From NCBI GenBank assembly GCA_951406725.2, contig OX597816.1, positions 33,914,001 to 33,978,000 on the forward strand: a stretch of DNA of 64,000 nt, written 5' to 3'. This document shows, in pieces, positions 54,722-64,000 of this stretch. This stretch comes from Octopus vulgaris. Its lineage: Eukaryota. A program made the translations under genes and the position numbers. Numbering within the stretch: the first letter of the stretch is position 1; each line of letters begins with the position of its first letter. The notes under the pieces were generated by a model that saw nothing but the letters and a program-made list of their open reading frames with translations, was not told where the DNA came from and searched no databases.

Positions 54722-54763
54722 AGTCCGAAGATGGCTTAACAGGGCCGAAATTTCAAAGTCACT
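54722..54763 (+). ncRNA. Degenerate hammerhead-like motif
   Basis: agt-CCGAAGA-t-ggc..gcc-GAAA-tttcaaag-TC-act, in an A/C-rich segment ending ~115 nt later at a short TA run. Confidence 0.4.
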
Positions 54764-56409
54764 CTCGATCCCTTTTTTGTTTAAGAATAACAAATTTCTC
54801 CTCAAGTAAATTATAGAGTAACACATTAGATTACTGTAAATATGTTTTTATTATAACTGATCATAAAAACAACCGATGTATATATATGATACTCGACATG
54901 ACCCCATAAGAAATTTTCGGTCGTATTCCCAGTTTGTCATGCGTATGTATTCCATCCTGGACCGAACGCCTTTCCGAGAAAGGATTATTAATCATTTACC
55001 AGCTGAGTAGAATGTATCAACGTGAAATTATATGTTTTGCGCAAGAGCACCACGTATCACTCGGTCCAGGAATCGAAACCAAAATCTTACGTTCATTGAA
55101 AATAAGATTATTCTCTCATATTCTCTCTACCTGTGAGTCCAAATTCACTATCGTTTGACGCAGTTACTGTAAAGTAGTTTATGTAAACTTTTATTTTCTG
55201 TAAAAGTATCCTATAAAATTATATATATGTAGGAATTTATACAAGTATATAAACGTGTATATCTGTATTTATATGTTTGTGAGGGGGTGTAAGTATGTGT
55301 GTGTGTTTCTGTGTTTGTACATATGTGCATTTGTGTGTGTGTCTGTGCGTGTGTACGTGCATGTATCTATATGTATATTTTGATCGATTTGTTTTAAAAT
55401 AGCTCCATGTAGAGATAGGAATACGGAAATGTAGTTCACATCGTGGTTCTTCAAGTAAAATGTAGCGAGGTTAGTTGTAAAATTGTAAATCAATTTAGGA
55501 TGCTATCTCTCATGATGAATAAGGGATCATGTACTGAAGCAATACATCATCGGTCGAAATATAACAATGGACAATGACACCATTGTGAATTTTTCAGACA
55601 GGAATAGCACAGTTACCAGATCGTCCGAATACTGTTACGACTCATCAATTATGAAGCCATACCGTGATGAAGCGTACATTCTGGATCCACTAGAAGTACT
55701 ATCTCGCTCTCGTAATTTATTTTTAACCATCTCTCTTGTAGACCGTTATTGATTTTGACATTCTGATCAAGGTTTTTCTGAGTTTCTAGGTTCGTGTAAG
55801 AGTTATACCTTTCTTGCATATTGTTGTTGTAAGTATTTAGTCCCAGATTAAACGTCACCAAGTAAACGTGTGATCAGTGACGTTCAGTCCAGCATGCCAT
55901 AACATTTTAGTGCTTTGAAGGACTTATATTACCTAATGATAATGTTCCATTTTTCTTTCCGGGGTGGTATTGAGTGATTAGGAAAATTCAGTACTCAGGA
56001 CTTTCCAGGGAAATCCCGTATAAAAATATAGGCTTTCATGTTGGCATTTTGCAAGTGCACACACACACATGTATATATACAGTTATACTCTAAAAGCGTT
56101 TGAAACACTTAACATGTATAAGGACCCAGTGATCGAAATCGGAATGGTGTGCAATCTAAAAAAACATAACCTATAGTTATTGGAGCACTTGGAATAATAT
56201 GAAAAGGAACAAACAAGCAAACCCATAATACATACATGCTATCTGACATAGATGTATTTATTAATTTCTCTCTCTCTTTCTTTCTCTCGGTCTCTCTCTC
56301 TCTTCCTCTTGGTCTCTGAGAAATATGCAAGCATATAAGTACCAATTTACAATGATGTTTACAAATATCTAAGCGCTTAAGTTATATATACATATATACA
56401 TATATATAC

Positions 56410-56467
<58 letters not shown>

Positions 56468-58781
56468 AAACACAAGCACACACATATATACAGATACAAA
56501 CATACATGCATACAAGCATACACACAGAAATGAATATAATTACACGCAAATAAACACGGAGACATAAATATATACTTACACAAGTACACGCAGCCGTATA
56601 AACATAAACTCCACATTAATTTGCTTACACCTCATGTCTTGTAATCATTACGTACTTATGAGAATTGATGGAGTATTTACAGATACACTATACATCATTT
56701 TTGACGAAGGTCTTCAATGCTACCACTACGATCCCTCTATTTATTTATTTTAGCACCACCCTCTACCAAACTTCCAAAGGTAAAATATAAAAAAAAATCG
56801 TATTTAGTAATTTATAGTGAAGTTTTTACTAATGTAAATATTATATCTAAAATTGTTATTCATTCACTTAATTGTCAAATTTGCTAACACAGCTTCTCCA
56901 TCATTTCACTTAGTGCTGAAATATACAGCATAATTTTTCGGAAGAAACCTATTTACAGTTTATGATGTATATTCACACACACGTACACACACGCATATAT
57001 ATATTCATACATACATGCACGCATGTGTACAAGTGTGTGAGTGTGTATTTTGCTATATGGCTATTGTATGTATGCAGTATGTTCGAAAACGTTGTGCGGT
57101 CCACACAATAAATAAATCTACCTAGATTTTGAGTTCAAATCATGCCTGGTTTAATTTTGCTTTTCATCATTTCGGGTCTCTAATTTTGAATGTCAAAAAC
57201 TGCAGAGGCTAGCCCAATCCAGCATCTCCCCGTTTAAATTCTTAGCCTTGGGCCTGAAGTAGAATATCCTTCTATGAATGTAATTTCAAATGGATTTTTA
57301 AGTTCCGCTTTAGTTTCTTATTCAGTTGGCGATGATAATTTTATTTTCAAATCTTTGATAGAGGAAAATTTATTAGAACAATGAAAATATAATATTAAGG
57401 AAGGTGTTTTATGAGTTATTTGAAATGTAGTTGAATTCAATAAGAAAAAAATATTATGTAACATTACTTCAGAGTCTAGGATAACGTTTAGAATTCATGT
57501 TAAATATTCGAGATAAGAAAATCATGGGTAAAGGAAGAACTTGAAAGTAACGAATAGTAATTTAAATAGAGGGACTGCAGCTGGAGGTATTTGTATTGAA
57601 TTTATAGATGTCAATGAGCGAGTTAAGTATCTGACTTAGCGCTTATTTTGTTTTATGTGTCTATGTATGTTTGTGGTTCAGGCGTGCGCGTTCCTGTGTG
57701 TGTGTGCAATTTGTGTGTATATTTATGTATGTTTTGCTAATTTATGATTTAATTTCAAGCTGTAGAAATCATAAAAGAAATTTTAATATGGATGGGTGGT
57801 GGCTAAGCAAAACTTTTAGTTAGTTTTCCTTTAAATATTTAATGTTTGATATATAATAAAATATGGTATACACAGGTGGAAACTATATGGCAAGATTAGA
57901 AATTCTAATTTATTATTTTGAAAGGTGGGTAAAATGGGGTGGAATAAAGGGAAAATTGTTACTGCAGTTTTGTAGTTCTTGTGTATGTGTGTTTATAAAA
58001 GTATGTTTACGTATTCATGCGTGTCAATGTTTTATACATTTGTGCTGGCTTAGAGAAAAGAAAATGGATTTTAACATATGGTTGAAAATTAAAATACAAA
58101 ATAAATGTTTCTCTCATTACGTCAATCTCTTCCACTCACGAATTTTGACTGTGGTTGCAGATGAACTTCAAGCAATTATGTAAGTTGTCTGCATACTAAA
58201 TTTTTATTATAATTTACAGATTATTTATTTCATACATCCTTAAAATAATGGAAATCTTTATTTAGATCAGTGACATTATATTCCATATCCTTTCTAAATT
58301 ATACTACGATAAAGGAATACATAATTGCAAAAAAAGGCTCACCCACGAACTTCCGCGTTTTACACTATCGTTTTGACCTCGAGACATTCAATAGAAAAAC
58401 CATCCTAACATTTCTTCCTTTGTACAAAATGATCATCTCCAGCTCATAATTTCCTTCTTTATTCATTACCTACTAACATCGTTAACATTACATTGCAGCA
58501 TTTATATCTTTCCCGCTTATTCATAGAATACTGCATACAATTGTAAATAACAAAATTAACACACTTTTTCGTTAAAATGTGACATTTATTTTCATTCAAA
58601 ATTAAAAAAATAATTCACGAAGGAGAATTATTGCTATTAGTTGAATAATCCATCAGAAGAAAGAGGAAGTCTTAGATTCTACTACGAGTGTAGAATAAAA
58701 CCCGCGCCTGTTATTGTTCTGTAACTATCTTATAAAATTATTTTACCATAATAACTGAATATATAAATAAACACAGAGAAA

Positions 58782-59190
58782 CACTCTTTTACTCTTTTCC
58801 TCTTTTACTTGTTTCAGTCATTTGACTGTGGCTATGCTGGAGCATCGCCTTTAGTCGAGTTAATCGACCCCAGGACTTATTCTTTGTAAGCGTCGTACTT
58901 ATTCTATCGGCCACTTTTGCCGAACCACTAAGTTACGGGGACGTAAACACAGCAGCCCCAGTTATCAAGCGATGTTGGGGACAAACACAGACGCAAAAAC
59001 GTATACACACACATACATATATATATACGACGGTCTTCTTTCAGTTTCCGTCTGCTAAATCCACTCAGAAGGCTTTTGTTGGCCCGAGGCTTTAGTAGAA
59101 AGCAGTTTCCTAAGATGCCACGCAGTGGGACTGCACCCGGAACCATGTGGTTGCTAAGCAAGCTACTTATCACACAGCCACTCCTACTCC
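58782..59190 (-). mobile_element. SINE family A, full length
   Basis: Reverse complement similar to 23521-23923. Confidence 0.9.
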
Positions 59191-59230
59191 ACTTCTTTAT
59201 ATATTTATATCTGTGTGAGTAGGGTCGGGT

Positions 59231-59404
<174 letters not shown>

Positions 59405-59855
59405 ATATATATATATATATATATAATTCAGTTTGTTTATATATTAATAAGCATAAATATATAAAACATATGAAACATATCGGAAGTATAATACACCTTT
59501 CTAAACTGAAGAAACACTGCGAATAAAGATTTGAATATATAAACGAACATATTTCAAAGCCAATTGCCTTCGGGCGAGCCAGATAGAAACAACTGTAAAT
59601 GATTATTGTACAAAAGATAACCGGCAATCAATCAGATTCATTGGCAATTGATATTCTTTTCATACACATTTCCTGTATACTAGGTTTTACTCAAGGAGGA
59701 CATGAAACAAGCAGATATCTAATACTTCGTCCCTTATACTCATAGTTATAGTAGCAAAATCTCCTTGAAGTCACAGTCTGTTAGGATATCAAAACAAAGT
59801 ACGCACACACATACACACACATTTTGGGGTTTGGAAAGAATCATTGTTTTTATGC

Positions 59856-59907
<52 letters not shown>

Positions 59908-60169
59908 ACCCCACTCACACAGATATAAATATTTAAAGAATTTCCACTTATTCAGATCTTTCCAGAATAGTCTTAATGGTAAAAATTTCAATTACTTGGT
60001 TGACGAAAAAAAGATACCTTGATGAATTCTTTGCCGTGAAACCACCTTAATTTGGAGAAGAGCGTATTATAAAATGTTTCATATTTGTTTGATTAAAAAT
60101 GTAATGGTAAGTATTTATTGACATTTTTTCTTTCCTTTAAAAATCGTCACGAACTTTCCGGACAACTCA

Positions 60170-60182
60170 ATATCTATCTATA

Positions 60183-60236
<54 letters not shown>

Positions 60237-60267
60237 CACACATATATATATATGTATATATATGTAC

Positions 60268-60311
<44 letters not shown>

Positions 60312-60348
60312 GTATATATATATATATATGTATATATATGTATATATA

Positions 60349-60445
<97 letters not shown>

Positions 60446-60450
60446 ATATA

Positions 60451-60494
<44 letters not shown>

Positions 60495-60503
60495 ATATAT
60501 ATG

Positions 60504-60539
<36 letters not shown>

Positions 60540-60597
60540 TGTATATATATGTATATATATATGTATATATATATATGTATATATGTATATATATGTA

Positions 60598-60648
<51 letters not shown>

Positions 60649-60690
60649 GCTTGTACGTGTGTATATATATATGTTTGTGTGTGTTTATAT
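60170..60690. repeat. Long (TA)n/(TATG) microsatellite; representative of many such tracts
   Basis: Read directly. Confidence 0.95.
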
Positions 60691-60934
60691 ATTTAATCAT
60701 CGTTTGGCAATGTTTAGGTGGCAGGTACAAATATTAGTATATTAAATTATTGATGATAACTAGATCTGCAAACATTTCTTAAGATGCAAAATCTAAGGGA
60801 CATATTAAATATTCATTACTAACATAACATAATCCCAAATCAATATTTTTACAAAACACCTCCTCATAACAGCCCACACAAAACCTACCGAATTGCAATG
60901 TCATACATTCACATATTTTGTTTCATGTGCAATG

Positions 60935-60975
<41 letters not shown>

Positions 60976-60979
60976 GCAC

Positions 60980-61022
<43 letters not shown>

Positions 61023-61151
61023 AATATATATGCATATACATGTGCATATATATAAAGGCAGAATGCCACTTAAATCTGAACACTACTATAGAAATATTCT
61101 TTTAAAAAAACTTTTCTTCTAATTTTTCTAAATTTAATTATTTAATCGTTA

Positions 61152-61189
61152 CAGTTGAAAAGGTCTCAAAATGACCGAAACCGGTACTG
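61152..61189 (+). ncRNA. Hammerhead motif with a mutated first core box, in a ~200-bp island between TA tracts
   Basis: cag-TTGAAAA-GGTC-tcaaaat-GACC-GAAA-CCGG-TA-ctg; perfect stem II, palindromic stem III ACCGGT. Confidence 0.65.
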
Positions 61190-61271
61190 AAATGTTCACT
61201 ATAAAATTATTTTAGCATTTTCTATTTTTTACTTGTTTTTCATATATATATATATATATATATATATTCAT

Positions 61272-61334
<63 letters not shown>

Positions 61335-61559
61335 TAACGTTGTGTAATACTGTGAGTGTTTCCTCCTGCAAATGCATACATTAATACATGCATGCATTCA
61401 TATATATATACTTACACACACAAAAAGACAGACACACACACACATATGTATTTATATCTCTGTCTGTGTACGTGGGTTTATGACCATAAATGCCGGCATA
61501 TGTTATGTATATGTAAAGACGCTGAAAGAGTCAGAGAGACATGGATAATAGTATTTATG

Positions 61560-62050
61560 GTAGATAATAAAACTTTCCAAGAGTGAAATATCATGTGTGG
61601 AATGACGTGATTCGAAAGCTAACGAAAAATATCGAATGCCTTCCGATAATTGTTACTGTTCCGTTTTGTAAATTTGGGAGAGTAAGAAGGCTGCACCTAA
61701 AGGTCCGCTTAATTCTTTTCATGAATTTTCCGCTAAAGAAATTTTCATCACAAGTGTTTGTTTTACAAAAAAACAAACACTATGAGAAATATTTTAACAA
61801 ATTCCGATCCATAGGATCGAACACAGCATGTATTTGCAAAACGGTAGTGCTTTCCGGGAAGCCATTGCCGGCGCTGATTTTTCTGAAATTTTGAAATATT
61901 TAGATGATTCTTTTGAGTACTTAACTGTAGATGAAGAACCATCTGTTCCTCGAGTATGAATACCATACGTTTTAATCTGTTAACCATTAACTTGATACAA
62001 ATCTATTGTGTCTTCCACTTGCCGGCTATTGTGATATTCTCATTGTTGCT
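61560..62050 (-). pseudogene. Possible hAT transposase C-terminal (dimerisation) remnant
   Basis: TCDENFFSGKFMKRIKRTFRCSL resembles (C)ERxFSxMKRIKTxxRSSL. Confidence 0.35.
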
Positions 62051-63104
62051 TTTATTCACTGAATATATGCTGTATCTGAAATGCAATTGCACTAAGATGC
62101 TCATCTACAGAATGTGTAAATAGTAATATTTGTTTTTAGAAAACTTTGTGTTAGGTGAGTATTGTTAAAAGTTCCACTATTGTGTAAAATGTGCATTGTG
62201 CTTCATAATGCTACCTTTTGAATTTTAGTTAATGTTTTATCTGCAGATATAATGGTAACTCTATTATAATACTCTGGCAATAATTATTCGCATTGATCCA
62301 ATTCTTATTCTATATATCTATGTTGAATATTTCAGATATGTTGTCTTTCTGCTTTTGTAATCATGCTAAAAATACAGCTGGTGCTATCGCCTTTTGAATG
62401 GGACAAAATTTCTAAAAGTGTGGACAGCTGTTCTATCGCGTTTTTAGTTCTTTAATCTCGGTGATAACTTTCTGTTAATTGTTACTATCATTAGGCGTGT
62501 TTTAGTTATAATTATGTCATATCTTTATTTATTGTATAATATTTTTTATGTTGTGTATGAATATCAGATACAGTCAAACACTAATTGTGTCAACTAATAT
62601 ACATAAATCTTTTCTGATAATTTTATGTCTACAATATACACATTTGTATATAAATATGTATGTACATACACATGCACACGCATTTTTGTGATGTTTATAA
62701 ATTCTTAGGTGCTTACAAATCTGTTACAATTTGCAGACAGCGATGATCTATGAGCATCTGCTTATTAAGATGCAACACTTATCAGAATAACAATTCCGAT
62801 TCCTTATGTAAATATGTATATATATATGATAAAATGTAACCACAAGTGGATCGTTGGAGCTTTTTACCTCCGTCATTCTTTTCCCTTGGACTTCCCTCCG
62901 TCTCCTGTTTCTGACGAAGAGCCTTGCTCGAAATAAAAATACCGTTTTTTCCTTCCCTGAGCGTCTGCTAATACTTTTCATGTGCCACGTCATCACGTTG
63001 TTGTTTTACTCTTGTGTTTGTTGTTCGTTTTCTTTTAATATTTACTATACATACATGCATGCATACACAGACAGACACACATACACATATATATATATAC
63101 ATAC

Positions 63105-63510
63105 TCATTTACTCTTTTACTTGCTTCAGTCATTTGACTGCGGCCATGCTGGAGCACCGCCTTTTTTATCGAGCAAATTGACCCTAGGACTTATACTTCG
63201 TAAGCCTAGTACTTATTATATCGGTCTCTTTTGCCGAACCGCTAGGTAACGGGGATGTAAACACACCAGCATCGGCTGTCAAGCGATGTTTGGGGTGGGG
63301 GGACAAACACAGATACACAAACACACACACATATATACATATATATACGACGGGCTTCTTTCAGTTTCCGTCTACAAAATCCACTCACAAGGCTTTGGTC
63401 GGCCCGAGGCTACAGTAGAAGACAATTGCCCAGGGTGCCACGCAGTGGGACTGAACCCGGAACCGTGTGGTTGGTAAGCAAGCTACTTACCACACAGCCA
63501 CTCCTGCGCC
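63105..63510 (-). mobile_element. SINE family A, full length
   Basis: Reverse complement similar to 23521-23923. Confidence 0.9.
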
Positions 63511-63903
63511 TATATATATATATATATATAATTGGAGTTAAACGCAGGTGTTATTCAAATCTTTTTAATTCCGACATATGTTTCGAAGAAAATAGTGGTA
63601 TTATTCCAGAAGGAATAAAATGGTATAAAACAATGAAATCTTCTCATGAGGAAAAGAAAAAAACCAAACTAATCAATAACACATCTTAACAGAATGTGAT
63701 GACTGCGTACATGATGAAGGAAACGCTAGCAACTTAAAAAAAAGAAACGTTAGCAGATATAATATCAAAGGTTGTTTATAGAAAGAGAAGGAGGAGAAAG
63801 AAGGAAATTAGCAGAAAACTAAACAGTGGAGATATATATCTCTGCAAATCTCTGCACTATTATTTTTCTGCTAATTCATATATATATATATATATATACA
63901 TAT

Positions 63904-63966
<63 letters not shown>

Positions 63967-64000
63967 GTATATATATATATGTGTGTGTATGAGTGTATGT

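Noticed and set aside
59540-59700. Faint Helitron helicase-like echo
   Set aside because: Too degenerate to support
60118-60745. YIYI-type ORFs here and throughout the window
   Set aside because: Artefacts of (TA)n tracts
63690-63760. TGATGA...GAAAC near a TA tract
   Set aside because: Could not form consistent hammerhead stems

Overview
AT-rich, microsatellite-dense eukaryotic DNA with no confident host gene. The repeat content is consistent with a coleoid cephalopod such as Octopus (inference). It is almost all transposon-derived. It holds a near-intact Penelope-like retroelement (RT + GIY-YIG), several decayed relatives, a young Tx1/L1-clade LINE sitting in a (TATC)n tract, Tc1, mariner and hAT remnants, a clean non-autonomous Helitron, MITEs and many tRNA-derived SINEs. 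The main hidden structure is a set of minimal type-I hammerhead ribozyme motifs. Two unrelated elements (917-4031 coding; 49313-50223 non-coding) share one architecture: (TA)n - arm with hammerhead pointing outward - body - near-perfect inverted arm with hammerhead - (TA)n. Further solo or degenerate hammerhead modules of different sequence lie between (TA)n tracts. Most short ORFs in the track are microsatellite artefacts. All alignments and folds were done by eye.
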